A DNA stretch of 64,000 nt from Longimicrobiales bacterium (GTDB lineage: Bacteria; Gemmatimonadota; Gemmatimonadetes; Longimicrobiales; Gaopeijiaceae). This document shows, piece by piece, positions 16,561-27,356 of this stretch. The stretch spans positions 800,001 to 864,000 of the forward strand of contig JAWLHJ010000001.1 in assembly GCA_041690395.1 (NCBI GenBank), in the 5' to 3' direction. Within the stretch, counting starts at the first letter, position 1, and the number at the start of each line of letters is the position of its first letter. The notes under the pieces were generated by a model, which saw only the letters and a program-made list of their open reading frames with translations, made no database searches and was not told where the DNA came from. Made by a program: the position numbers and the translations under genes.

Positions 16561-19500
16561 TTCGTCTCCGGCGTGCCGCTATCGAAGAGGTGGGTTTGAG
16601 GTGACTCACTAACCTTCATTCCCTCTGGCGGTGTGACGGAGGGCGGTGCTCCAGCCGCGAGCGTCATTGCATGGCGCTCACACTCCGCCCAGCTTTCTTC
16701 AGGCGTCTGTGCCAGCTGCCAATCCAGGAACCGCTCTCCCATCCGACTCCTCACCGGTTGCGGGCTACGCGCACGTTCGTCGTACTGATCCACGTCCACG
16801 GTACGTGCGAGCCCCAGGTCCGCCAAGCAAAGCGTCTCCGGCAGCATCCAGCCGTCGCCGTCGTTCTGATCGCAGAAGGCCTGGATGCCGGCGTCGCGGT
16901 CACCGGTGCCGTCGATCATGGTCTGCAGATCGTCGAATGCGGCGAGGGAGAGGACGGTGTGTCTCAGCTCCGGGTCTTGAGCCTTGTGGACACGCCAGAA
17001 GCCCTTGGCGTCCAGTCGGCGGCAGAAGCCTTTGTCAGCCAACTTGGCCTGCCGGTGGTCGCAGTCTCTGAGAATCCACGAGACATCTTGACGGCCCAGA
17101 CCGTAAAGAACGGCTACGACGGCGTCTGACATGCATCGGAGGCGTAGACGTTCGTGTTGGGTGAGCGCGGCTCGACGCGATCGAGCGTGTCGGAGGATCG
17201 GACTCACCGGCGGGGTGGATCCAGCGAGTGTAGCTGCGATTTCAGCTCCTGCTCGACTCACCGGGAGAGGGGTCTCTTCGAGCACGAACCAGCTGATGTT
17301 CAAGCCTCCCAACCGGTGGCGGAGCGTCCAATCGTAGGCGAAAGAGCACAAATCCTGGACTAGATCAAGGGCCTCCACCTCGTTCCGAGGTGTGAGCGTG
17401 GCCAGCGAGTGATTCGCAGGCCAATCCGGAACGGTGGCACTCAGCATGGATCGGCGATTGGTCGCGGACCCGATGTTCATCATGATGGCCTTGAACGGTC
17501 GATGACCCGCGGTCGGCCCCGCGTCCTCCTCCCGCATCAAATACTGCGGCTCAATCCGCTTGTCCTCCCACGGAATCTCCCGCCACACCGCCCCTCGGCC
17601 TTTCCCGCTCACCCAGCCCTTCTCGCTGAAGTCGAACTGGCCGATCATCCGGCCCTCGTAGAGCGGCAGCAGCACCTCCCCGTCCTCATTCACCCACCGT
17701 CCGTAGATGTCCGGCCGGAACCCGTCCGCCTCGGCCTTGTCCCGTTGGATGAACAGCTTCGAGTCGCTCGTCATGTGGAACTCGGTGGCGTACTCGATGC
17801 CCCAACCGTCCGGGCCGTCATCGCCGAGCAACACGCTGTTGGCGTAGATGCGGGTCAGCACCTCGAGGTCGCGTTCGGACCGGATCTCGAGGATGCTCAG
17901 GCTCTTGGGGCTGAACGCCGTCACCCGCTCGGCGGGGTAGTCGAGGGCTCCTCGAGCTTCTGCCCAGTCCTCCAGGTCGTGGCGCATGAACGCCGCCCGA
18001 ATGGTGTCTGTCGCGCCGCCCTTCTCGGCCAAGACGACGCAGAACTTGAAGCGGCTGTCGATGTCAAAGACCTTCTTCCGGTTCTCGAAGCCGTAGATCC
18101 AGCGCCACCGGCAGCGGAGTAGGAGGAGTCTCCTCAGGTCTCCGGTGCCCTTGTCGGTGTAGAGTCCGCTGGGGACGATGAGCCCGAGCTGCCCCCCTTT
18201 CCGCAGGAGCGCCTGACCGACCTCGACGAACATCTTGTAGGTGTTGAGGTCTGCTGATCCCTGGTGCCGGAACGGGTGCTCGGGGTCGCTGAGTCCCTTG
18301 TAGCGAGCTCGTTTGCGGCGCCATCCCTCGTGGAGCGCCGCTCCCTTCTTGCCGCGCACCAGGCTCACGTCCGAGCCGTCGTGGCCCGCGACCTTTGCAT
18401 CGCCGAAGGGCTCTGCGGCGCAGCGGACGAAGTTGCCCCGGTCCTTGAACGATCCGAGATACTCGAGCCACTCATCCTCGATATCAGGATGCGCGTCGAA
18501 AAGCGCCTTCTGAACCCGGAGCCCCTCCTGCTTCCCGTATGCGCGGTAGAGCGGGTCGTGGTTGCTGAAAAATTCTTTGCTGTTCGGCTTCTGAATTTCC
18601 CAAGGCGGGTTCCCGACGACCGCGTCGAACCCAGCGCCCTCTCTGGTGAAGACGTCCGGGAACTCCAGCTCCCAATGGAAGAAGCGTCTCTCGTCTGCGA
18701 CCCTCCGTACGACCGACCGGGCCGCGTCGCTCGGAGTGTGCAGCTCCCGCGGTAGGGGAAGCGCGTCGAGCTCGTCTAGCGGCCAGAACCAGAGTGCGCA
18801 CCAGGTGTCGAAGGCGCCGCGGACCTTCGCGAGGGAGGCTTCGGTCTGGATCTTCTCTCGCCAGATGCGGGCCCGCTCGTCGGGCCGACCCACCGGCACC
18901 GCGTGGAGCTCACGGTAGAGCCGCCGGACCCGATCCACCGCGGCCTTCAGCTCCTCGTCGGTGGCCACCGAGCCTTCGAGACGAAGCTGCCCCCGCAGGA
19001 TCTCGACCTGCTGCTCGATGGCCTTCTTGCGTATCTCCTTCAGCGCCTTGTGCCAGACGTCGCCCTCATGGTTCACGCCCTTGTACTTCCAGTCCGGGCT
19101 CTGGCGATCGAAGCAGAGCAGGGGGTAGTCCCGGAACCGGTCAAGCCAGGTGCCCACCAGCGAGTCGCCGGAGCGAAGCTTGTGGTCGAGAAAGGTGAAC
19201 GGGAGGCTCCGGTCGAGCGTTTCCACCCAGAGGGCCACGCGCGCGAGCTCCACAGCAAGCGGATCCAGGTCCACGCCGTAGACGCAGTGTTCGACCACAG
19301 CGCGCCGGACGATGGCCTCGAGCCGTTCCTCGAAGCCCTCGGTGGGGAGCGTGCGGTCCGCCTCCGGGATGAGCTCGCAGTGCACCGTCGTGCGTCCGTT
19401 CACTCGCTGGATGCGGTCGTGGTCGTGAAGGGACTCGACCACGGCGGCGGTGAGGATCCGGAGCACCGCCACCAGGAACGAACCCGAGCCCATGGCCGGG

Positions 19501-21371
19501 TCGCACACGTTGAGTGAGAGGAGTGCCTCAGGCGGCCTGACGGCGCCTTCGTGCTCCCCTTCCGTCTCGCGGAGGAGCGGAGCGAGGGTGCGCCGGACCG
19601 TTGGCAGGGTGAGTTGAGGGCGCGTATAGAACGTACCCGCGCCCTTCCGTGTCCCGCCCCAGCGAACCAGGTACAGCTCGCCGGGCAGCTTCAGGTCCGC
19701 CACGAGCTGATCCGCCGCGGCGTCGAGGTCCGCTTCGTAGGCAGCTTTTGCGTCTGCCTTCTGGCTCCTCGGCTTCCGAACGAGCTTGCCCACGATGGCG
19801 GCTCGGCGTCCCCAGGCCCTCGCGCGAGCTCGGGCTTCGGCCCTCAGGTCGTCCTGAGGCTCCTCGTCGTTGTCCGGGCTGGTATCGGCTTCCGCCTCGT
19901 CGTCCTCATCGCTGTTCTCGTCGTCCTCGAGTTCCGAGGCATCTTCCGCGTCCTCGTCCTCGTCCTCAGCGTCCTCGTCGCCGCTCGACACGGACTTCTT
20001 GACCTTGGCCTTCTCGACCAGCGCGGCGAGCCCCTTGTCGTCCATGTGCTCCAGGCGATCCAGGGGGAGGGCAGGCTGGTCTCCCAGGTTCAGGAACACC
20101 ACCGGCTCCTCGCCGGCTCGGTGCAGCTCGTAGTCCAGCAGGCCCTCGTAGAGAATGCCGATGTACTCGCTCGTCAGCTCTGTGAAGTCCACAGGCGCGG
20201 CTACGATCCGGGCTCCCGATCCTTCTCTGATCCTCTGCGTCGTGCGCGTGAGCAGCACCATCATCCGATGCACAACGTCGTCATCCGGGGGGCTCTCCAG
20301 GCGCTCGAGAAGGGCGAGAGCGCGTTGGACCCCGTCGCCTTCCGACTCGCCGGGGCGGAAGAGGTCTCCGCCGTATGTCGGCAGCGTGACCGCGGGATGA
20401 GGGGAGCCCTCATGAAGCAAACGGAAGAGCGCGAGCAGCCGGGGCCAGGCCATTTGGCGGGCACGGCGGCGCTCCGGCGTCATCCGGTCGAGCTGGTCCA
20501 GGAGCCCCCGCAGTCCGTACGCCTGGTGGTAGACGGGATTCTCGGTGGGGAGGAGCTCCCGGGCCTCGGCGAAGAGAATCACCACGAAGCGCATCACGAA
20601 GTGACAGGCGGCGACGTAGACATCGGAGCCTTCGTGCTCGTCCCAGGCCGGGCCGACCAGTGACGCGCGGCTCCGAAGGAGCGTCTCGACAGCGCGCCTG
20701 ACCCGCTCGCCGAGCTCCTTCGAGAGACGGGCCTGCCCCCGCCGGGTGTCCCGGATGGCGGTGAGGAGGGGGCTGAGATCTCCCTCGCGCCGCAAGAGGC
20801 TCGTCCGCGAGAGCACACGGCGTAGCACCAGGAATTCGTCGGTGAGGCGGTCGCCCAGTAGCCACCGGTCCGCCTCCCACTCGACCCACGCGACGCTATC
20901 CATGTCGGCCCAGATCAAGCGCCACTGGATGCCGTTGGTGAGAAGGGCGATGGGGAGATCCCGCCGACGCAGGTATTCGACCACGTGGGCAGCTGGACGC
21001 CGGCCGCGGCCCACTCCGATGCGCTTGGCCCGGGTGCTGAAGACGGGCAGCGCCTCTCCACCAGGCCCGGTCCAGCGGCGACGCGGCTTGAGCAAGGTCC
21101 CGTCCAGCAGCCGCTCGCCGTCCACAGCACCGAGCGCCGTGCCCTTCTCCCAACCGGCCTCGAGTTCGCAAGCGTCTTCGAGCACCACGTCGAGTAGGGC
21201 TGCGGTGCTCTCGGTGTCGCCGGGGTCGCCGTTCAGCTCGACGAGCGCGGTACGTAGATGATCGGCGAGGTTCCAGCGGGCCGCCGGCGGCTCTGGAAGG
21301 CTCTCGAGCGCTGCCGACGAGAGCAGATTTCCGCCATGTCGCAGGGCGGCCCAGCCGTCGTGGAGGCTCAC
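16557..21371 (-). CDS. Large N6-adenine DNA methyltransferase (Eco57I/type IIG-like, DrmMI-like)
   Basis: GTFYT, CDPAMGSGSFL, GVDLD, VVGNPPW, LTNGIQWRL; long acidic linker. Confidence 0.9.
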   Translation of the reverse strand: MSLHDGWAALRHGGNLLSSAALESLPEPPAARWNLADHLRTALVELNGDPGDTESTAALLDVVLEDACELEAGWEKGTALGAVDGERLLDGTLLKPRRRWTGPGGEALPVFSTRAKRIGVGRGRRPAAHVVEYLRRRDLPIALLTNGIQWRLIWADMDSVAWVEWEADRWLLGDRLTDEFLVLRRVLSRTSLLRREGDLSPLLTAIRDTRRGQARLSKELGERVRRAVETLLRSRASLVGPAWDEHEGSDVYVAACHFVMRFVVILFAEARELLPTENPVYHQAYGLRGLLDQLDRMTPERRRARQMAWPRLLALFRLLHEGSPHPAVTLPTYGGDLFRPGESEGDGVQRALALLERLESPPDDDVVHRMMVLLTRTTQRIREGSGARIVAAPVDFTELTSEYIGILYEGLLDYELHRAGEEPVVFLNLGDQPALPLDRLEHMDDKGLAALVEKAKVKKSVSSGDEDAEDEDEDAEDASELEDDENSDEDDEAEADTSPDNDEEPQDDLRAEARARARAWGRRAAIVGKLVRKPRSQKADAKAAYEADLDAAADQLVADLKLPGELYLVRWGGTRKGAGTFYTRPQLTLPTVRRTLAPLLRETEGEHEGAVRPPEALLSLNVCDPAMGSGSFLVAVLRILTAAVVESLHDHDRIQRVNGRTTVHCELIPEADRTLPTEGFEERLEAIVRRAVVEHCVYGVDLDPLAVELARVALWVETLDRSLPFTFLDHKLRSGDSLVGTWLDRFRDYPLLCFDRQSPDWKYKGVNHEGDVWHKALKEIRKKAIEQQVEILRGQLRLEGSVATDEELKAAVDRVRRLYRELHAVPVGRPDERARIWREKIQTEASLAKVRGAFDTWCALWFWPLDELDALPLPRELHTPSDAARSVVRRVADERRFFHWELEFPDVFTREGAGFDAVVGNPPWEIQKPNSKEFFSNHDPLYRAYGKQEGLRVQKALFDAHPDIEDEWLEYLGSFKDRGNFVRCAAEPFGDAKVAGHDGSDVSLVRGKKGAALHEGWRRKRARYKGLSDPEHPFRHQGSADLNTYKMFVEVGQALLRKGGQLGLIVPSGLYTDKGTGDLRRLLLLRCRWRWIYGFENRKKVFDIDSRFKFCVVLAEKGGATDTIRAAFMRHDLEDWAEARGALDYPAERVTAFSPKSLSILEIRSERDLEVLTRIYANSVLLGDDGPDGWGIEYATEFHMTSDSKLFIQRDKAEADGFRPDIYGRWVNEDGEVLLPLYEGRMIGQFDFSEKGWVSGKGRGAVWREIPWEDKRIEPQYLMREEDAGPTAGHRPFKAIMMNIGSATNRRSMLSATVPDWPANHSLATLTPRNEVEALDLVQDLCSFAYDWTLRHRLGGLNISWFVLEETPLPVSRAGAEIAATLAGSTPPVSPILRHARSRRAALTQHERLRLRCMSDAVVAVLYGLGRQDVSWILRDCDHRQAKLADKGFCRRLDAKGFWRVHKAQDPELRHTVLSLAAFDDLQTMIDGTGDRDAGIQAFCDQNDGDGWMLPETLCLADLGLARTVDVDQYDERARSPQPVRSRMGERFLDWQLAQTPEESWAECERHAMTLAAGAPPSVTPPEGMKVSESPQTHLFDSGTPETK

Positions 21372-24300
21372 GCGGACCCGCCTACCGGAAGGCGGACCTC
21401 GACGGCGATCGCGTAGACCCGAGCTTCTCCCCGGAGCGCATATCGTTGGGGCAGGATCTCTTTCAGCGTGCGTTCCGCCTCCGCGGCGAGCCGATCCTGC
21501 ACCAGCTCGTAGTGACCCCGGCGAAGGCCGAGCTCGGCATCCAGGTCCGCCAGGCGCTTCTGGGTCTCCTCATCGATCTCGGAGAACAGCGTCATCTGCT
21601 GCGCCTTCACACGGAGCTTTTCGGCCTCCTTCTGGATCTTCGCGAGCTGGTTCTCGCCGATGGCTCGTTGCAGCTCCCTTCTGCGCTGATCGAAGCGCTT
21701 CTTCTCCTGCTCTCTCACGGCCTTGCCGGCTGTCTCCATCCGCTCGGAGAGGAAAGCGGTGAGGTCGACCTGGAGCGTCCGTAGCTGTTCTTTGACCTCC
21801 TGCTCGACATCGTCCCACACGTCGCGCGCCGCAGAGAGGTCGCCGTTCTTCGTGGGCGCCCCTAAATGTGCGGCCGGCTGGTGTGGCAGCGCCTCGCCGA
21901 GTCCGTCCCCGTGGACCGGGAACGCAAGCGTCCGGACCCAGTGGTGGCACGGCTCCCTGAGCTGGTTCACCGCCAGCTCCTCCACGGTGAGGAGGATCGA
22001 GGCGCGGGCGTCCGCGGGCACGTCGCCCACCCGCGCGGTCCACCGCGTGGCCGCGCTCGGGCCACCGGGGAAACGGTAGCGCGCGAACGTCCCCATCACC
22101 CGGTGATAGAGCTCGTCACCGAGGTGGAGGAGCCGCGAGTCGGGCTCCGGGATGTAGACCGGGCGTCCGTTGCGCGGCTTGAGGTAGTGTGCCGGGTCGA
22201 ACACCAGCGCCAGCAGTGGACCCGCCGGACCGCCTTCGCGAAGCGTGTGGTCCACGAGTTCCTGCCATAGCGCGGGGATCGGGTGGACCAGGCGCTCCCG
22301 TCCGAATTTGTCTGTCTGCAGCCGTGGGCGTCCGGCCTCGATCGCCATGGCGGTCTCGAGCGTCTCCCGGAGCGTGTCCGGGGAGAGGTCCAGTTCCTCC
22401 TTCAGGCGCTCGAGCTGGGTCAGGTCTTCCGAGCCGGGCAAGGGCTCGCCGTCCGGCAGGTCGTCGGTAATGTCCGCATTGGCCGCACGCGCGAATCCGA
22501 TGACGCGCTCCAGCCGCTCCTCGCTTGCTGCCGCGTCCTCCACCTCGTCGAAGTGCGCGAGGATCGCGTCGGCGAAGATCTCGTCGGTGACGACCCGGTC
22601 CTCGCGGGTCTGGCTTCGCTTCGCCAGAACGCGCCCGAGGAAGCGCATCGAAGCGTCGTCCGTGCTATCGAAATGGAAGATTTGGACGTCGCGCTCCTGA
22701 CCATGACGGTCGAGGCGGCCGTTCCGCTGCTCCATACGCGCGGGGTTCCAGGGGATGTCCCAGTGCAGGAGATAGCGCGCAGCCCTCTGCAGGTTGAGGC
22801 CCTCGCCGGCCGCGTCGGTAGCGAGCAGGACGCGCGCCGGGCTTCGCGGATCATTGAAATCACGCTTCACCGCGTCCCGCTCCTGGTCGTTCATTCCCCC
22901 GTAGAATGCGAGCAACCATTCGCCTGAGCCGAAGCGCTTCTCCAAGCGGGCCCGGAGGTACTCCAGCGACGCCATGTACTCCGTGAAGACGACAAGGCGT
23001 TCGTCGGGCTTCCAGGCATCCTGCCCCCGCAGCTTCTCCTCGATGAGCGTCTCGAGTGTTCGGAGGCGGGCGTCGGCCTGGACCTTCGGGGCTCGCGACG
23101 CGACCTCGCCTGCGTGGCTGCTCGGGTCCAGGCCAGGCGGTACAAGCGTGACTCCCAGGGCGGTGAGGTGCCGGCTGACCTCATCGATCTCCGTGGCCAC
23201 GTCTTCGCGCCACCGGCGCAACCAGGCACCGACGGTGCGGTCGGCGTGGCGCTGGCGGCTCTCTCGCTCGTTGTCGTCCTCAGTGTCGTCAGCCTGCGCG
23301 TTTCGTGCCTTCACGACGGTACTGGCCGTGGCCGGACTGTCCTTCAAATCGAGCCCGCCCAGCAGGGTCAGCCAACTCTGTCCGAATGCCCACGGACCCG
23401 AGAGCAGGCGCTTCTGGAGGACCTCGGTCGCGAAGTTGGCGGCGGTACGGTCTTGGTGGTCGGCCTCCCGGATCGCGTTCCGGAGGGCCTTCCGGAAGTC
23501 GCGGACCGCGAGCTGGAGGGCTCGTTCCTGGGCTCCGAACCGGAGCGGCGGGAGCGCCTCTACATGCCGCTCCGAGAACCGGGCAGGCTCCCCCAGCGCC
23601 ACGTAGCAGTCGTTGATCTCGCTCTTCAGGCGACGGACCACCGTTCCGCTGACCCGCTCCCGATCCTCGGCGTCCAGCTCCGACTTGCGGGTGAACCGGA
23701 CGGGGTCAAGGGCTTCCAGGAGTCCGGAAAAAGAGCGGGTATGTCCGTTGTGCGGAGTCGCTGTCAGGAAGACCCGGTGCTCGAACCACGGCGAGATCCG
23801 CTGGAGCATCTGAGATAGATCGGAATCGGACCCGAAGCTGGCTGGGGCCAGGTTGTGGGCCTCGTCGACGATCAGCAGATCCCAGCGTAGTCGTCCGCCC
23901 TCGCCTGGCTCTGCCGTGCTCCTGAACTGCTCGAGCACGTCCGGCTGCTTCAGGTAGTGGTAGCTTGCGATGATCCGCTCGTGGGTGCGCCACGGATTGG
24001 CATCCACTCCGATTTCGCGTTGCAGCTTCAGAGTGCGGGGCCGGTCCACCATCTCGAAAGGCAGCGCGAACTTCTCCTGCATCTCGTCACGCCACTGGGT
24101 GCGGAGCGACGCCGGACATAACACCAGAACCCGGCGGATTCGCCGCCGGAGCATCAGCTCGCGGAGGACCATTCCCGCCTGAATCGTCTTTCCCAGCCCG
24201 ACGGCGTCCGCGAGCATGAGGGCCACGCGCGGCATCTCCAGGGCACGGAGCACCGGTACCAGCTGATACGCCTCCGGATGAATGGCGCCGTAGAGAGGCG

Positions 24301-24637
24301 CGGCCAGCGGCGGCCGATCTTCGTCGAGGCCGGAGAAGGGAAGGGATGGTGTGAGCGCCGACCACCGTGAGGCTCGGACCATCGCGTCGAACTCACGGAG
24401 GTCCATGGGCGGTGTGCTTCCGACGAGCGGTAGAGCCGCTGGTTCCAGCAGGTCCGTGCCCGGCTCGACCTCCCACAACACCTGGTCCGTCTCGACTCCG
24501 GTGCCGTCCGTGTACTCGACGTCGACGAGGTGGTAGCGGCCGTGCTCGTCGGCATCGAACGGGTGCACGCCCGCGATCATCGCCCGCCGGTTGCGGACGA
24601 CCGCCATCATGCCTTCGCGGGGAGTGGGGTGGGTCAT
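21368..24637 (-). CDS. SNF2-family helicase (DISARM DrmD-like)
   Basis: LADAVGLGKT, DEAHN, LTATPHNG, ATDAAGEGLNLQ, PWNP..MEQRNGRLDRHGQ. Confidence 0.9.
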   Translation of the reverse strand: MTHPTPREGMMAVVRNRRAMIAGVHPFDADEHGRYHLVDVEYTDGTGVETDQVLWEVEPGTDLLEPAALPLVGSTPPMDLREFDAMVRASRWSALTPSLPFSGLDEDRPPLAAPLYGAIHPEAYQLVPVLRALEMPRVALMLADAVGLGKTIQAGMVLRELMLRRRIRRVLVLCPASLRTQWRDEMQEKFALPFEMVDRPRTLKLQREIGVDANPWRTHERIIASYHYLKQPDVLEQFRSTAEPGEGGRLRWDLLIVDEAHNLAPASFGSDSDLSQMLQRISPWFEHRVFLTATPHNGHTRSFSGLLEALDPVRFTRKSELDAEDRERVSGTVVRRLKSEINDCYVALGEPARFSERHVEALPPLRFGAQERALQLAVRDFRKALRNAIREADHQDRTAANFATEVLQKRLLSGPWAFGQSWLTLLGGLDLKDSPATASTVVKARNAQADDTEDDNERESRQRHADRTVGAWLRRWREDVATEIDEVSRHLTALGVTLVPPGLDPSSHAGEVASRAPKVQADARLRTLETLIEEKLRGQDAWKPDERLVVFTEYMASLEYLRARLEKRFGSGEWLLAFYGGMNDQERDAVKRDFNDPRSPARVLLATDAAGEGLNLQRAARYLLHWDIPWNPARMEQRNGRLDRHGQERDVQIFHFDSTDDASMRFLGRVLAKRSQTREDRVVTDEIFADAILAHFDEVEDAAASEERLERVIGFARAANADITDDLPDGEPLPGSEDLTQLERLKEELDLSPDTLRETLETAMAIEAGRPRLQTDKFGRERLVHPIPALWQELVDHTLREGGPAGPLLALVFDPAHYLKPRNGRPVYIPEPDSRLLHLGDELYHRVMGTFARYRFPGGPSAATRWTARVGDVPADARASILLTVEELAVNQLREPCHHWVRTLAFPVHGDGLGEALPHQPAAHLGAPTKNGDLSAARDVWDDVEQEVKEQLRTLQVDLTAFLSERMETAGKAVREQEKKRFDQRRRELQRAIGENQLAKIQKEAEKLRVKAQQMTLFSEIDEETQKRLADLDAELGLRRGHYELVQDRLAAEAERTLKEILPQRYALRGEARVYAIAVEVRLPVGGSA

Positions 24638-24691
24638 GGGAGGGGTTGGGGATCGCGGGGCGTCACGGGAGCCGATGCCCTCAAGGATGGG

Positions 24692-24946
24692 TTACTCTGC
24701 CGGCTCCCAAGAGAACGCGGCTACCCGGTGGTCCGTGTTCCACCCGACCCGGAGGGTGCCGTAGGTGGTCGTGTCCGAGTGATCGAGCCTGATCGACACT
24801 TCGGTGCCCGCCACCTGAACCCTGGAGAACGTCTCTCCATGCATCGAGGCTTCGTACCAATGAAATTCTGCAATGTCTGCCGGTGCGCCCATCCTTTGGA
24901 TAGCCACGACAGCAGCATCGTGCTTAGTCATCGTCTTGTCGGTCAT
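24692..24946 (-). CDS. Hypothetical protein (84 aa)
   Basis: ATG preceded by GGGAGG; co-oriented directly upstream of the SNF2 gene. Confidence 0.6.
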   Translation of the reverse strand: MTDKTMTKHDAAVVAIQRMGAPADIAEFHWYEASMHGETFSRVQVAGTEVSIRLDHSDTTTYGTLRVGWNTDHRVAAFSWEPAE

Positions 24947-25077
24947 GCGGCCTCCCTAAAAGCGACTCTTGCCCAGGGTGAGAAAGTGGCTGCGCATGGA
25001 ATCCGCGCAAGCGCGCCTCGTCTTCGAAGGTGCGTTCTTCAACTGGGTTGGAGTGAGCCGCTTTGATAGTATGGAAC

Positions 25078-25476
25078 TCAGGATACTCCGAGCACCGCTT
25101 CCCAGTCGCCGGGCCGATGGAAGAGGACTTGCCAGTCACCTTCCTTTCGGATGGCCGCGAACTTCAACGACGTCGACGGCGCTTCGAAGTCGGGCCGGCT
25201 TTGTCTCAAGAGAAGTCGGACGGCGGACCCGATATGGCGGAGCAGCTCGTCATCGTCCCCTATGTTTCGGTAACCAGCAAGTAGAAGTCTAGGCGAAACG
25301 TAGCCCCATACCTCGTTAGGGTGGTCGTGAAAGTAGATGACTCCGTCCTCGACCCACCGCTTGGGGACGCCGGCCCAGTGGAGGCTCACCCCGAGGGCCG
25401 GAACCAACCTGGGGTCCGTCGCCCATGACGACAGAAACGACTGGCCTCGGGCTCTGGGGCTTTGCGGGAGGTCCAT
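25078..25476 (-). CDS. Hypothetical protein (~132 aa; start uncertain)
   Basis: Globular-looking C-terminal part of ORF 25078-25779, starting MDLPQSPR. Confidence 0.4.
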   Translation of the reverse strand: MDLPQSPRARGQSFLSSWATDPRLVPALGVSLHWAGVPKRWVEDGVIYFHDHPNEVWGYVSPRLLLAGYRNIGDDDELLRHIGSAVRLLLRQSRPDFEAPSTSLKFAAIRKEGDWQVLFHRPGDWEAVLGVS

Positions 25477-25754
25477 GCGGCTCTCGGTGCTCAGGGTGGA
25501 GTGGATAGCGGTAGGGTATCGATTCTCGGGGAGCCGGACGTCGAGCTCACCCCGCAGCACCCTTAGGATGCTGACTCTGGGGTGCTCCAGTTCACAGTGC
25601 TCCGAGGGAAAGGCGGGAAACGTTGGCTTCAGTCCCCCAACAACGGTTGCCAAGTGACCATGCTCCTGAAGTGAGGACGCGCTCGCATTCGGACTGCGAC
25701 GGCAGATGAACGACGTGCAGGGGCATGACCGCCTCAGGGATGGGAGTCGATTAG

Positions 25755-26135
25755 CTACCGCAACAAGCCTTCGGACCACAACGACGTCACCACGTCCATC
25801 TGGCCGTTCGGCTGCACTTCCTTCCCCTCCGTGGCGATCCGCCAGAGCCTGCTCGGCGCCCCAGCAAGCGCAGGGTCGGAGCGGAGCGCGTCCGCCGCTC
25901 GCTCAGCATAGCGCGAGTTGTGTGTCGCTCGCGTATAAGAACCGGCACGTACACCCCGTACGGCTCCCGTTCCGCAGAGGCCGAGGAAGGTCGTGCGGGG
26001 GCATACCTTCGCTCGGGACGAGGGGGCAAGAAGAAGCCGGCCGGCGGCCTCCCTCCACGCTTCGTCCGGTTGCGTGAACGTTCGGCCGCTCAGGAGTCTA
26101 GCGGCCATCTTTGCGACTTCCCCGTACTGTCCCAT
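25755..26135 (-). CDS. DUF6979-like protein
   Basis: YG..A..AA, K.CPR.TFLGLC..G, N..YA, NGQMDVV..LW pattern. Confidence 0.7.
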   Translation of the reverse strand: MGQYGEVAKMAARLLSGRTFTQPDEAWREAAGRLLLAPSSRAKVCPRTTFLGLCGTGAVRGVRAGSYTRATHNSRYAERAADALRSDPALAGAPSRLWRIATEGKEVQPNGQMDVVTSLWSEGLLR

Positions 26136-26178
26136 GTGGATTCCTTTGCTGAGCGCTACGCGAAGGCGTGCCTATTAC

Positions 26179-27315
26179 CTAATCCGCGGTCTGAGATGGA
26201 AAGTGGGTCCTTCGCGTCTCTTCAATGATCCAATCGAATACCTCGAGGAGCGCATCCACCTGGCCATTTCCCATATCGGAGAACCTTATGCCTGGGTACT
26301 TCGCATCCGATTCGATCGCGACCCCTGTGGCGGACTCTACCTTCTCAAGTAGAGCGAGCTTCTTCGGTGGTTCATCGAACGGGGGTTTCATGGAGGGCAG
26401 TTGGAGCTGGACATAGGAATTTTGGGTGCCGCTCCGGAACGCTGCTGTGTACTGAGGCGTAGTCGCGTCGATGTCGAACTGCGGGTAGAAGGATGCCTCA
26501 GATGAGCCGGACCCCCACCATAGGCGGAGCCCTCGGGTCTCGGCCCATCTCAGCACATGCTGAATAACCGGAATGTCCTCTGGCCGGTTACGGTCTCGCA
26601 GAAAGGAGATGAGTGAGGCCTGATCCCATGTGGTCTTTCCACCCGGCGCCTTTCGGCGTTCAGCCTCAGCGGTGGCCCCGACAACGACAGGCACTAGTGA
26701 CTGAACGGACTCCCCCTGATACTGCCGCATCTCGATTCCCAAGACTTCAGCAGGATCCATCTGTTCGTTGAGGAACTCGATGATCCGCCTCAGCTCCATT
26801 GGAATGCGATCTGCGACAAACAGCAGCCGGATCCGTCCCGCCTGCAGGTTGGTCTTGACCGTTTGCCAGAACTCATCTGCTGAGCGGTCAGGGCCCAAGA
26901 AGTCCTGGACGACCGACTCGGGGTCCCTGCCAGACGCGGTGATGGTCTGCTCAAGGTCCAACCTTAGTCTTTCGAGAGGCCAGTACACGACGGCATTGGC
27001 CGCGTAGTCCAGCAGCTGACCGACGACTTCCCGCCGAATACGGGTATCGGAACGCCGCTTCACCTCAACCAGCGTTGGAATTCCAGCCGAATCCAGGAAA
27101 AGGTGGTCCAAGGACCATCGGTTCACGCCATCCGCCTCGCCGGGGATCCCAGCCTCTCGCTTGACCAGGAGCAGCTGTGCTCCGCTGCCGGCACCGTGGA
27201 GCAGTCGCGGATACCGTTCAAGGAGACCTTGGAGGAGGTCCTCGGTGGCGTAGCCAGCGGAATTGAGTTCCGCGAGGGAGCCGTCCGGTCGGACTAGGAA
27301 GACGGTATCAGACAT
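26179..27315 (-). CDS. NucS/EndoMS-like PD-(D/E)xK nuclease with C-terminal domain
   Basis: EDLLQ, SLDHLFLD...LVEVKR, RREVVGQLLDYAA. Confidence 0.75.
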   Translation of the reverse strand: MSDTVFLVRPDGSLAELNSAGYATEDLLQGLLERYPRLLHGAGSGAQLLLVKREAGIPGEADGVNRWSLDHLFLDSAGIPTLVEVKRRSDTRIRREVVGQLLDYAANAVVYWPLERLRLDLEQTITASGRDPESVVQDFLGPDRSADEFWQTVKTNLQAGRIRLLFVADRIPMELRRIIEFLNEQMDPAEVLGIEMRQYQGESVQSLVPVVVGATAEAERRKAPGGKTTWDQASLISFLRDRNRPEDIPVIQHVLRWAETRGLRLWWGSGSSEASFYPQFDIDATTPQYTAAFRSGTQNSYVQLQLPSMKPPFDEPPKKLALLEKVESATGVAIESDAKYPGIRFSDMGNGQVDALLEVFDWIIEETRRTHFPSQTAD

Positions 27316-27356
27316 CGTGATGCGGTGCTCTCACCGGTGCAGAGGTTGGTGGCTTT

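Noticed and set aside
7945..24637. Canonical DISARM or BREX call
   Set aside because: No PLD (DrmC), no separate DrmA/DrmB, and no PglZ or BrxC recognised.
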